Source: a virus
Length of the DNA stretch: 64,000 nucleotides
Direction: 5' to 3' (one strand)
IMG/VR virus record: IMGVR_UViG_3300040758_000214
Coordinates: 64,001 to 128,000 of that record
Part shown: positions 51,330 through 59,709 of the stretch, piece after piece
Layout: the number at the start of each line of letters is the position of its first letter
How positions within the stretch are numbered: the stretch's first letter is position 1
Notes under the pieces: generated by a model
What the model was told of the DNA's origin: nothing
Seen by the model: only the letters and a program-made list of their open reading frames with translations
Databases searched by the model: none
Translations under genes and position numbers: made by a program

Positions 51330-51530
51330 TTACTCCGATTTAAAATCATCACATTTTTCAATTTCATCTGAGATAGTATTTAGTAAAACATGAATTGCAG
51401 TTAAAACATAAATTTCATTATGACCGCAACCTTTAGCAATTTCTCCTGCATAGTTATATGCTTCTTGTATTGACTCTCTTTTAGAAAATAAATTATTTTT
51501 TAACTCTTTTGATAATTCTCCCATTAACAT
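51330..51530 (-). CDS. Small hypothetical protein
   Basis: 66-aa ORF. Confidence 0.55.
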   Translation of the reverse strand: MLMGELSKELKNNLFSKRESIQEAYNYAGEIAKGCGHNEIYVLTAIHVLLNTISDEIEKCDDFKSE

Positions 51531-51533
51531 TAT

Positions 51534-52832
51534 CTATTCCTCTTTATCTATGTGGATAACCCAGCCAGTCTTATTTACCGCATCTTCTGATCCATTATTA
51601 ATGATCCAAAGTAGCTTACGAGGAAGCTTTGCTCTACTAATTTCATTAAAATTCTCACAATATCCATCAGTGAAACAAAGAACTATATCTGATCCTAGTT
51701 CTTTAGCCCTTTCAAAAGCAGGATATAAAATAGTTCCTCCTCTCCCTAAAACTTTTGGATCAATATCATTAACTCTTTTTACAACATATTCTTTTTGTAC
51801 GATTGTATCTACTTCTAAAACTATAGTTTTACAGTGCCTATCATTCTCAATAATATTCTTTATTCCACTTAATGCTTCCATTAATTGTTTAGTATTAACT
51901 GAGCCAGATGTATCAATAATAATTGTAATTGAGAATGTAAAGTCCCTCACACGTCCAGGAAAGGGAGAAATCTCTGGCACATTCAATGTATCAATTGCAA
52001 AGACCCAAGTTCTTTTTCTATTTATTCTTGTGGATGAATTTTGAAATTTACTAACTCTTGACCCTTTTACTAATTTCCTAATAATTTGATAATAAGGAAG
52101 CTTTGGAGGACCTAAAACTTCATCAATTAATTGTTGAATGTGAGCCGGAAGTTTTCCCCTATTTTTATTAAAAGTTTTAGCTGATTCTTTTACTAATTCT
52201 GTAGTGAAATTTTCAATTTTTCGTGCTATGGTATTTGCATCTGCAGCACTTATTTCACTCCAAGAAGAATGATCATCAATTGTTTGGTCTCCACTTTCAC
52301 CATCTCCCTGACCTTCTCCAGATCCTTGTCCATTCCCACCACTTTTACTTCTTTTTTGCATTAATTCATCATAATAATATTCTGTAGTATGTTTCGGTGG
52401 TAATTGAAATAGTTCTGGAAATAATAATGGCCATTCTTTATTACTAATTACTACAGTTTTAGGAGCTCCCATTTGTTCATTAACTGCGCAATCTGATACT
52501 ACATTAAAAACCTTCATTATATCCATTTTTTGTTTTTCAGATGTAGAAAAGTTTATTAATCTCAATAATCTAGGAATATGTTTATTTAGAAGATGTAATC
52601 CTTCATGTTCTAAAACAACTTGTAATGCTTCATCGCCAGTTCCATCAAAAAAGTTGGGGTTATATCTTAAAGATAAAACCCCATCAGGCTCAGGAGCAAC
52701 TCCCATTATAGATGGAAGATTTTTGTCCTCGATCCTCAAAACTCTAGAGAATAGATATCCCCAATAAGAGCATTTTAGAATCATTTTCGCGATCAGCTCT
52801 TTGATTCTTTTATCACAATTCTCAGTTGTCAT
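51534..52832 (-). CDS. Metallopeptidase (HExxH) + vWA protein (DUF2201-type)
   Basis: LEHEGLH, N..SDCAVN, DDHSSW, IIDTSGS, GRGGT, FTDGY. Confidence 0.88.
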   Translation of the reverse strand: MTTENCDKRIKELIAKMILKCSYWGYLFSRVLRIEDKNLPSIMGVAPEPDGVLSLRYNPNFFDGTGDEALQVVLEHEGLHLLNKHIPRLLRLINFSTSEKQKMDIMKVFNVVSDCAVNEQMGAPKTVVISNKEWPLLFPELFQLPPKHTTEYYYDELMQKRSKSGGNGQGSGEGQGDGESGDQTIDDHSSWSEISAADANTIARKIENFTTELVKESAKTFNKNRGKLPAHIQQLIDEVLGPPKLPYYQIIRKLVKGSRVSKFQNSSTRINRKRTWVFAIDTLNVPEISPFPGRVRDFTFSITIIIDTSGSVNTKQLMEALSGIKNIIENDRHCKTIVLEVDTIVQKEYVVKRVNDIDPKVLGRGGTILYPAFERAKELGSDIVLCFTDGYCENFNEISRAKLPRKLLWIINNGSEDAVNKTGWVIHIDKEE

Positions 52833-53208
52833 TTTGAAGTATCCTTTTTATTCCCTCGTGAAAATCTAATATAACCTGGTATACTTTTTCATTAAAATCT
52901 TTATCTTTTAGCATTTTTATCATAAAAGATACACAATATCTAAATTCATCAGAAACTCTTGGATATCCATCAACTTTTAAAACAAATAAATATTTAATAT
53001 CAAATGGAACATCTATTAAAAAATTAATCATATTTCTAACTTCTTCATCATAATGTTCTGGTTTATTATTAAATAAAAAATCTAAAAATTCGTTCATTAG
53101 TTTCTCAAGACTTATATTATCTTCTTTTGTAATCATATCTAAAACTTTATCTCTAACTTCATCGTAATTATAAAATATATCATTTGCATTAATTTCTAAA
53201 TTTTTCAT
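52822..53208 (-). CDS. Stand-alone paralog of the C-terminal domain of the upstream ATPase
   Basis: INANDIFYNYDEVRDKVLDM..EDN vs INPKDIFYDYDKKVRNKILQM..KDN; FLIDVPFD vs FLTDVPVD; SDEF in both. Confidence 0.75.
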   Translation of the reverse strand: MKNLEINANDIFYNYDEVRDKVLDMITKEDNISLEKLMNEFLDFLFNNKPEHYDEEVRNMINFLIDVPFDIKYLFVLKVDGYPRVSDEFRYCVSFMIKMLKDKDFNEKVYQVILDFHEGIKRILQNDN

Positions 53209-53220
53209 AATTAATTTCCT

Positions 53221-54444
53221 CTATTTTGAAGTATCCTTTTTTCTTGTTTCAATAAGAATGTTATAAAATTTCTCAGTATAATTTTTATCTTTCATAAGAT
53301 CAATCTGTAATTTTGTGTAATATTTAAATTCATCTGAAGTTCTATCACAACCATCAATTTGTAATACAAATATAGAAGCTGTATCTACAGGAACATCAGT
53401 TAAGAATTTAATAATATTTTTAAGTTCATCTTCTTTAACTTGAGGTTTACTTGTAACTAAAAATGTTGAAAAAGATACCATTATATCTCCAAGACTGGCA
53501 TTATCTTTTTCTTCAACCATTTGTAGTATTTTATTTCTAACTTTTTTATCATAGTCATAGAAAATATCTTTTGGATTAATTCCCTTTTTCTCTTTAATGA
53601 AATCTACTAATAATCTTGTTTTATGAATATTTAATAATCCAGATAATAATATTTCTATATCATCTAAATTTTCTTTAACTCCTCCATTCAATTCATAATT
53701 CCATAAAATATTAGAAGCTCTTTCATAAGATGCAGGATTTGCATACACTGATCCCAATTTTTGAACTTCATAATCATAGAGATAATTAGGATGAGTTTGA
53801 ATAAACTCAATTATGTATGGATGGAAATTTGCAGAAATTCCATATTTTAAAAAATCTTCAACTGATACTTCTGTATATATATGAAGCATTCTCCTTAAGC
53901 CAGCCGCATCTTCTATAGTATCAACACTATATTCTTGATCATCAGGGTTATCAAGAGCAACAACAAACCAACCTTTTGGAAAATCCATTAAATGCAATTT
54001 ATTTTCATTTTGGACTTGCCATAATAATTGCTGCAACGAATGATCTCCCCTATTACATTCATCAATGACAAATAAACCAAAACTATTTGGATCTTTTGGA
54101 ACAAAATCTGAATACAACATTTTGAATGATGTTTTTCCATTATCAATAATTGGGAATGGAATAATAAAATCATCTCTTGAAAGGACCGGAGATTTTATTA
54201 TCTTAGTTTCAAATTTAACTTTTAAAATTTCTGATAATTCATTAGCAATTTGACTACAAATTTGTGTCTTACCTACACCTGCTGGGCCAATAATATGAAA
54301 TGCTTGTTTTTCTATATCTCTTCCTTGTTCCCAAGATTTCATTGTATTTATAATATTTGTCTTTATAAGTGATTTAATTTTAGAAATTGTTGCAACTGAA
54401 ATGTTCAATCTTTCAAAGTATTTTTGTTCGTTGGCCTTGCTCAC
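53221..54444 (-). CDS. MoxR-like AAA+ ATPase (partner of vWA metallopeptidase)
   Basis: GPAGVGKT, FVIDECNRG, LDNP, AGLRR, NPASYE. Confidence 0.85.
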   Translation of the reverse strand: MSKANEQKYFERLNISVATISKIKSLIKTNIINTMKSWEQGRDIEKQAFHIIGPAGVGKTQICSQIANELSEILKVKFETKIIKSPVLSRDDFIIPFPIIDNGKTSFKMLYSDFVPKDPNSFGLFVIDECNRGDHSLQQLLWQVQNENKLHLMDFPKGWFVVALDNPDDQEYSVDTIEDAAGLRRMLHIYTEVSVEDFLKYGISANFHPYIIEFIQTHPNYLYDYEVQKLGSVYANPASYERASNILWNYELNGGVKENLDDIEILLSGLLNIHKTRLLVDFIKEKKGINPKDIFYDYDKKVRNKILQMVEEKDNASLGDIMVSFSTFLVTSKPQVKEDELKNIIKFLTDVPVDTASIFVLQIDGCDRTSDEFKYYTKLQIDLMKDKNYTEKFYNILIETRKKDTSK

Positions 54445-54465
54445 AATTCACTCTCCCTTTATTTA

Positions 54466-54497
54466 GGCAAGGGGAGAATTTTATCTCCCCTTTCGCC
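54466..54497 (-). terminator. Intrinsic terminator-like hairpin
   Basis: GGC-AAGGGGAGA...TCTCCCCTT-TCGCC. Confidence 0.6.
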
Positions 54498-54518
54498 ATT
54501 TGTTTAATTTAGTTGAAC

Positions 54519-55460
54519 TTAAAATTCTACATCTTCAAAGTTAAAGGATACCGGTGGTTCTTTGACTTCTTGTTTTAATGGTTCACTTGATGAAGTAGTT
54601 GTATCATTTCCCACTTCAAATTTATTGGATTCATCAACATGTTGATGATCTCCTTCCTCATCACTTGTATATCCTGATGCCTGAGATGGAGCTCGTTTGC
54701 TATCATCGAATTTTTCGTTAAATTTTTCGATAGTTTTCTTTGCTAATTTTAATATAGATTGAACTTTATCTGCAGATAATTTAGTTCCTTCTTCAAGAGT
54801 AAAAACTGACTTTCTTCCATATTGTGAATCTGCTTCTCCAATTCCAATCTTTGTTACAAATCTTTTATTATTAACAACATTCTTTTCAAATTTCTTTGTG
54901 TCTTCAGTTACTGGTGTAAAAATTGGATCTAAATCCATTTTGGAAAGTTTGTCTAAATATCCTGAAATATTAGAATATTTCATACCTTTCCCTCTAATAA
55001 ATACAAATACTGGTTTCTTATCTTCACTTAAAATAGGATTACCATTTGCATCACAATAAATACCAGAAACAATTAATTGACTTTTACATGGGGCACAAAA
55101 TTCACTATTGGATCTTTCAGATGCATTAGCTCCACATACTCTACCTTTAAAACCATACCAAGGCGGATTTCCAGTTTGATATGAAAAACATTCTGTCCTA
55201 TCTTTTTGAGTCCTTGCATCTCTTATAGATTTAACTAAAACTCTTTTTACATGAGTTATAATCATATGTACTTCATCTAAATTATATGCAACACCTCTAA
55301 CTTGAAAATATCCAGGTTTTTCCTCAATTCCTATATGGTTTTTCCTTCTCTGTCCTGAAATATATACTGAATGAAAAAATTCATCTTCAGGTGCTACAGT
55401 TTCAATTACATTATGCCCGGTTCCCATCAGTTCTGTGTATTCTTCAATCATCTTTGACAT
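54519..55460 (-). CDS. Probable single-stranded DNA-binding protein
   Basis: Cys cluster, beta-rich core, long acidic tail ending FNFEDVEF. Confidence 0.55.
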   Translation of the reverse strand: MSKMIEEYTELMGTGHNVIETVAPEDEFFHSVYISGQRRKNHIGIEEKPGYFQVRGVAYNLDEVHMIITHVKRVLVKSIRDARTQKDRTECFSYQTGNPPWYGFKGRVCGANASERSNSEFCAPCKSQLIVSGIYCDANGNPILSEDKKPVFVFIRGKGMKYSNISGYLDKLSKMDLDPIFTPVTEDTKKFEKNVVNNKRFVTKIGIGEADSQYGRKSVFTLEEGTKLSADKVQSILKLAKKTIEKFNEKFDDSKRAPSQASGYTSDEEGDHQHVDESNKFEVGNDTTTSSSEPLKQEVKEPPVSFNFEDVEF

Positions 55461-55482
55461 ACTCCTTATTACTTGACTAGAC

Positions 55483-56142
55483 TTAGTTGACTTGCTTTCG
55501 ATTTGGTACTAAAGAATAATTTGAATAATTTCTGCCATTTGGTTGTGTTATTATTGAAAATTCATCATTAAACCAGCATTGTAAGTGATGATTCAAAAGA
55601 AAAGTTGATAAAAATTCATGACGATTTTTAATTTCTGGAAAATCAATCTTTTCATTTACAACTATTGTATTGAATTTTCTAATTTTTTCATCTGTTAAAG
55701 TTTCTGTTAATAGTTTCGGATGAGGACAATATATTATAGCTAATTTGTCTCCAATCATCCTAAAGATTTCATTTTTGTAGAAATAAACATTTGTATCTAA
55801 ATCAAATGCTACATTATCACAATTCAAAACTCTTTGTATTGATGTATGTGCTCGGCATAAAAAACCAGATTCTTTTTTCGATTTACATGATTCACAATTC
55901 TCTATATTAATCTTAATACTTTCTCTGGTAACATCTTTTGTAGTTAAATTATTAAAATATGTAAGAATTTTTTTCTTATTTAATAAAAATTTGATTATAG
56001 TAATTGGATAAACATCAGCTTTTAAATTTGCAATAAATCCCTCAGATGATATATTCATGAATTCCCCCAACAATAATTTAAACCAAAAAACTGCTAATTT
56101 TTTTTCAGTTTGAGCACCGCTATATCTTAATAAATTAACCAT
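55483..56142 (-). CDS. Hypothetical Zn-binding protein (likely start MNISSEG)
   Basis: CESC...LCRAH; GGGG SD before MNIS. Confidence 0.6.
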   Translation of the reverse strand: MVNLLRYSGAQTEKKLAVFWFKLLLGEFMNISSEGFIANLKADVYPITIIKFLLNKKKILTYFNNLTTKDVTRESIKINIENCESCKSKKESGFLCRAHTSIQRVLNCDNVAFDLDTNVYFYKNEIFRMIGDKLAIIYCPHPKLLTETLTDEKIRKFNTIVVNEKIDFPEIKNRHEFLSTFLLNHHLQCWFNDEFSIITQPNGRNYSNYSLVPNRKQVN

Positions 56143-56181
56143 TATAAAAATGATTAATTCACTAGGATATAGCGGTGCTCA
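56111..56181. repeat. 16-bp perfect inverted repeat
   Basis: TGAGCACCGCTATATC (56111-56126) / GATATAGCGGTGCTCA (56166-56181). Confidence 0.8.
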
Positions 56182-56235
56182 TAGTAATTTTTCACCATGT
56201 GCCGTGCTAATCACAATACTACGAATAACTTATAG

Positions 56236-56361
56236 TCATTCACTTGTAATTCCTAAAACTTTTGCAACCAATAAAATTTTCGATGCCGTTGTCTTGCGGA
56301 GATAATCTTCAATCTTCCTCCGTAGTTTTTTAATTTGGTCAGAATGTTTCTCTTCAGTCAT
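56236..56361 (-). CDS. 41-aa basic helical peptide (not in ORF track)
   Basis: MTEEKHSDQIKKLRRKIEDYLRKTTASKILLVAKVLGITSE. Confidence 0.45.
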   Translation of the reverse strand: MTEEKHSDQIKKLRRKIEDYLRKTTASKILLVAKVLGITSE

Positions 56362-56486
56362 ACGGAAAAATAATCATAAAATTGAAGACTTAATCAATCC
56401 ACAATAAGTTGAATACCTTTTACCTCCTCCCTTCATTCCCTGATATTTTTTATTGAATATTAATAATTTAATTATCACCCCCTTTT

Positions 56487-57239
56487 TTAGACCATTATTG
56501 AATTATAATGGTCATGAATTAGATTTATTGGTATTTCTAATTTGTATGTATTTCTTAGTCCTAAGACTAATTCTTTTGGAAGAGTATTCTTTTTCATAAT
56601 ATTTAAAAAATTATCATGGTTAAAAATAATACAACTCTTTTTAATCTCTTGATAATCATTAATTCTATGATATTGTTTCCTTCCTTTATCTATTGGATAA
56701 TTGTATAAATGTTTTAATATATTGATGCAATCAATTTTTGTATGTTTTCCTATATGTTTTCTAAAAGATTTTTTATCTCCATTTAAAATATGAAAAGTAT
56801 CAGTTCTTCCTAAGGAATGTGATATTAAATCTGATACTTTATTTCTATATTTTATAGATATATTTTCTAAAGATTCTTCATCTCTTTCAAAAAGAAACTT
56901 TAAAATAATTCTTTTAGTTCTTGAGTTATTAATTCTTCTATTTTTCAAAATTAAAAGATTCTTTAAACTTTTTTCTATATCATCTTTTCTAAGAATTTCC
57001 ATAATAATTCTCATCTCATATTCATCATTACTATGGTCAACTTTATTATGATTGTCTAAAAGTTTATAAATCATTATTCCCTTTAATGAACTATCTAAAG
57101 GAAGAAGCATTGATGATATAAAAGTAGATCTATTGTATAATAAAAATCGATCCAAAATATCATCAATTTCATTGTTAATTCCAACCTCACATAATATTTT
57201 TACAAAATCAAAAGCATCACAATTCATAACCGCTCCCAT
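56487..57239 (-). CDS. Basic helical protein, possibly TROVE/Ro60-related (no vWA)
   Basis: RINNSRTKRIIL...IKYRNKV...HSLG motif; adjacent to Y-RNA-like genes. Confidence 0.35.
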   Translation of the reverse strand: MGAVMNCDAFDFVKILCEVGINNEIDDILDRFLLYNRSTFISSMLLPLDSSLKGIMIYKLLDNHNKVDHSNDEYEMRIIMEILRKDDIEKSLKNLLILKNRRINNSRTKRIILKFLFERDEESLENISIKYRNKVSDLISHSLGRTDTFHILNGDKKSFRKHIGKHTKIDCINILKHLYNYPIDKGRKQYHRINDYQEIKKSCIIFNHDNFLNIMKKNTLPKELVLGLRNTYKLEIPINLIHDHYNSIMV

Positions 57240-57543
57240 TTAAATTTATTTAATTCTATATGGGAATCGAAAAAATAAATCACTTTTCCGACGGATCAGA
57301 GGAATAACCAATTTTTTTATTAAACGAATTACTAAACTTAGTAGCATTTATTGGTTATCCTATTGGAATTTATATTTATTTGTTCTATTATTTTATGGAT
57401 ATTAGATTTGTAAATATCACAGTATATTACAAAAAGTATATCCATAAAATTATAATAAAGGAGTTTTGAAATGTAACTTTTATATCAATACTCTAATCTT
57501 AAAGTTCACATTTCAGTTTTCCTTTTTATCCTAAAATTTTAAG

Positions 57544-57577
57544 GTGGAGGGAAGAGATAGCCTTCTCTTCCCCCCCG
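57544..57577 (-). terminator. Terminator hairpin downstream of permuted tRNA-like RNA
   Basis: GGGAAGAGA..TCTCTTCCC stem. Confidence 0.6.
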
Positions 57578-57639
57578 TTCGAGTAAATTTTCCATTATCT
57601 TTATCATAGATAATATCCAATAACGATTAGAAATCTTTC

Positions 57640-57772
57640 GTTGAATGTATAATCTCAAGATAATAAGCCAACGCACTACCACTGTGCTACACCCCGATAA
57701 AATTTTTTTTGGCCGGGGCGAATGGACTCGAACCATCGTATTTGGGCAACTTTTTTGGATTAATACACCAGC
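57640..57772 (-). ncRNA. Circularly permuted tRNA-like RNA (YrlA/Y-RNA architecture)
   Basis: T arm GATGG-TTCGAGT-CCATT, CGCCCCG-G-CCA, 13-nt A/T linker, then CGGGGTG-TA-GCAC-AGTGGTA-GTGC D arm; ends pair into long stem. Confidence 0.75.
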
Positions 57773-57801
57773 TAATTAAAGTCTATTCTTTTCTGAATTT
57801 G

Positions 57802-57891
57802 TGGGTCGAAAGTCTGAATTTAAAGATAATCCCAAAGACTTATAACTACTGTATGCTGTGGGAGATTAAAGATAATGATAAGTTTGACCCA
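57802..57891 (-). ncRNA. Candidate second small (Y-like) RNA
   Basis: TGGGTC/GACCCA closing stem, inner CCCA/TGGG stem, two ATTATCTTTAA repeats. Confidence 0.45.
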
Positions 57892-57899
57892 ATCAAATC

Positions 57900-58649
57900 T
57901 TAAACACCATGAATATATGAAAATATCTTGGCACCAATTTCATCTTGAACTATTTCTTGACAATTTGCTTGTTGCCTTGCTTTCTTGATAGACATGATTA
58001 GTTTATCAAGTCTTCCAATTATCAGAGATTTCTCAGCTGGAGTTAACATTCCACTATATTTGGTAGTTTGCCATTTTCCAGTCGCCACTTGTTCTTCCCA
58101 TTTTTCAACCTGCGCTGGGTGTTTATCAGTGGGAGGAACTAAAACATGATGTTTGAAGGCTTTAGCCGTCTTTATAGTTTCTTCGGGATACTTTGTTTTA
58201 TAAACTCCTTTTCCAATGGTTGTATCTTCTTCCCATGAAATACCAGGAGCCAGAGTTGGAATAGCATCATACATCACTCTGAGCTCATTAAGTCTTGATT
58301 CCATGTTAAGCAAATATGTAGCAGGAGCATTATTGACTATAGCAATTCCATCAACAACAACATCTGCCACAGCCTGCTGGTTTGTTTTTTCTTTTTGAAG
58401 TAATGCATCAAAATATCTTCCAACTGTTTCTGATACATAGTCCAGTTTAGCATGAACTGTAGTGACTATTTCTCGATGCTCAGCTCCAATTACTCCTTGT
58501 TGATCTTCATCTTTAAACATTATGAGTAGCTTGTCATATCCACTGAAATGTTCAGGTTTCTTAAAGGTAGATGTTGCTTCTGCAACTAACTTGTCAGAAA
58601 CACCTTTCAAAGATCCTTCAACTGCAAGTAATTCATGTAATTTTCCCAT
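57900..58649 (-). CDS. Conserved coiled-coil protein (DUF7873-like)
   Basis: KLHELLAVE...PATYLL..E...IPTL...PTDKHPAQV...AR..AN. Confidence 0.7.
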   Translation of the reverse strand: MGKLHELLAVEGSLKGVSDKLVAEATSTFKKPEHFSGYDKLLIMFKDEDQQGVIGAEHREIVTTVHAKLDYVSETVGRYFDALLQKEKTNQQAVADVVVDGIAIVNNAPATYLLNMESRLNELRVMYDAIPTLAPGISWEEDTTIGKGVYKTKYPEETIKTAKAFKHHVLVPPTDKHPAQVEKWEEQVATGKWQTTKYSGMLTPAEKSLIIGRLDKLIMSIKKARQQANCQEIVQDEIGAKIFSYIHGV

Positions 58650-58860
58650 TTCACAATTCTCCCATTTGTATTAAATTTGAAGTTCTTATTTTATTTCTAT
58701 TATCGCAATTACTTTATCATCTACAATTTTTGTGTCAATAACTTTAATATCACGCGATGCATCAGTATTAAAAAATAAATTCAACGCTTTAACATTTTCA
58801 GCATTTGTTATCTCACGTTCTTTAATCATGATTCCTCCTTCTTTATTTGTAAATCAAAAA

Positions 58861-58937
58861 TGGTCCGGGTTACTGGATTTGAACCAATGGCCCTCTGCGC
58901 CCAAGGCAGATGCGCTACCAGACTGCGCTAAACCCGG
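58861..58937 (-). tRNA. tRNA-Pro(TGG), CCA encoded
   Basis: Full cloverleaf CCGGGTT/AACCCGG, anticodon arm TCTGC-CTTGGGC-GCAGA, TTCAAAT T loop. Confidence 0.93.
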
Positions 58938-58958
58938 ATAAATACTTAATTTTATCCC

Positions 58959-59284
58959 CACCCCTACCTTGGGAATTGGATCGTTTCATCAAAGTCCATG
59001 TGGGTATTCCAAGGACGGCTCCACCGAAATTGGCATCCCGGCTTCATTGCCTCCCCACTATCCTATAATGGATCATTCTGATGATTAGGGTATAGAATAT
59101 CAACCGGTCTCAATTTCTACTTTTCGACTAAGATGGTGGAGTCGAAATATTTACTACCCCGATTTGTCAACCCTTTTAGGTCGATGGCTGCCAATACCGG
59201 TCTATTGTCAAGGGTCTGACTTAGATCGACATTTGATCATGAGCTTTGCGCCGTTGTTACAAGGCACGCTCTGACGATGGGGTG
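58959..59284 (-). ncRNA. ~330-nt structured RNA containing a 23S rRNA L1-stalk (H76-H78) mimic at 59000-59065
   Basis: CACCCC/GGGGTG closing stem; TAGGATA-GTGGG-GA-GGCA-ATGAAG-CCGGGAT-GCCA-ATTTCGG-TGG-AGCC-GTCCTTGGAATA-CCCAC colinear with bacterial 23S ~2111-2178. Confidence 0.8.
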
Positions 59285-59377
59285 TAATTTAATCATACCC
59301 ACACAAGGACAATGATATGATTATAGAAATGAATGTTGAATTCCATGATCTAAACTTTAAAACCCTTCATTCTAAAA

Positions 59378-59391
59378 ATTAATATATATAG
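59378..59391 (-). promoter_or_regulatory. Candidate promoter CTATATATATTAAT upstream of L1-stalk RNA/tRNA-Pro
   Basis: Identical 14-mer at 3178-3191 (+). Confidence 0.45.
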
Positions 59392-59413
59392 CAACTCAAA
59401 CTATAATGGATTT

Positions 59414-59701
59414 TTACATCCACTGTTTTTTCTTCTTTGTACGTTTCCATCCTTTAATTCTTCGTTTAGAAACAAGTTCATCATCCCAAGCATTAGGAAG
59501 ATTAACATGTGATCTTCTCAATCTCAATTTAATTTTATATTCTTTACATTCTTCTAAAACATCAAACCATTTTTTTCTTTCTTGTGTAGTTTTAGGATGC
59601 CTCATGTAATGACAACAAGAATTATGATAATGACTAATTCCAGGGACTGGACCTCTTCTAAAGATAAACTTCAATCCTCTTCTTGTATAAAAAACTTTCA
59701 T
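59414..59701 (-). CDS. Small highly basic R/K/H/W-rich protein
   Basis: HPKTTQERK...RLRRSHVNLPNAWDD...GWKRTKKKKQW. Confidence 0.65.
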   Translation of the reverse strand: MKVFYTRRGLKFIFRRGPVPGISHYHNSCCHYMRHPKTTQERKKWFDVLEECKEYKIKLRLRRSHVNLPNAWDDELVSKRRIKGWKRTKKKKQWM

Positions 59702-59709
59702 CTTTAACC

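Noticed and set aside
57539-57903. ORFs 57539..57736, 57709..57903 (also 58732..58941 and 63054..63260)
   Set aside because: They overlap tRNA or tRNA-like RNA sequences or a real gene in another frame; translations look spurious
59132-59160. GGGGTAGTAAATATTTCGACTCCACCA resembling tmRNA 5' and 3' ends
   Set aside because: The two motifs overlap, no T-arm or pairing acceptor stem with G3:U70, no tag ORF evident
59170-59275. Weak resemblance of other parts of the large RNA to 23S H68 (AAGCTC.TGATC) and H88 (CCGGT..GCCATCG..TAAAAGG)
   Set aside because: Short, gapped matches that I cannot distinguish from chance without a covariance-model search
58959-59284. RNase P RNA or group I intron identity for the large RNA
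   Set aside because: No GAGGAAAGUC/ACAGAA P4 motifs, no recognisable P7 or R/S elements, and not inserted in a gene
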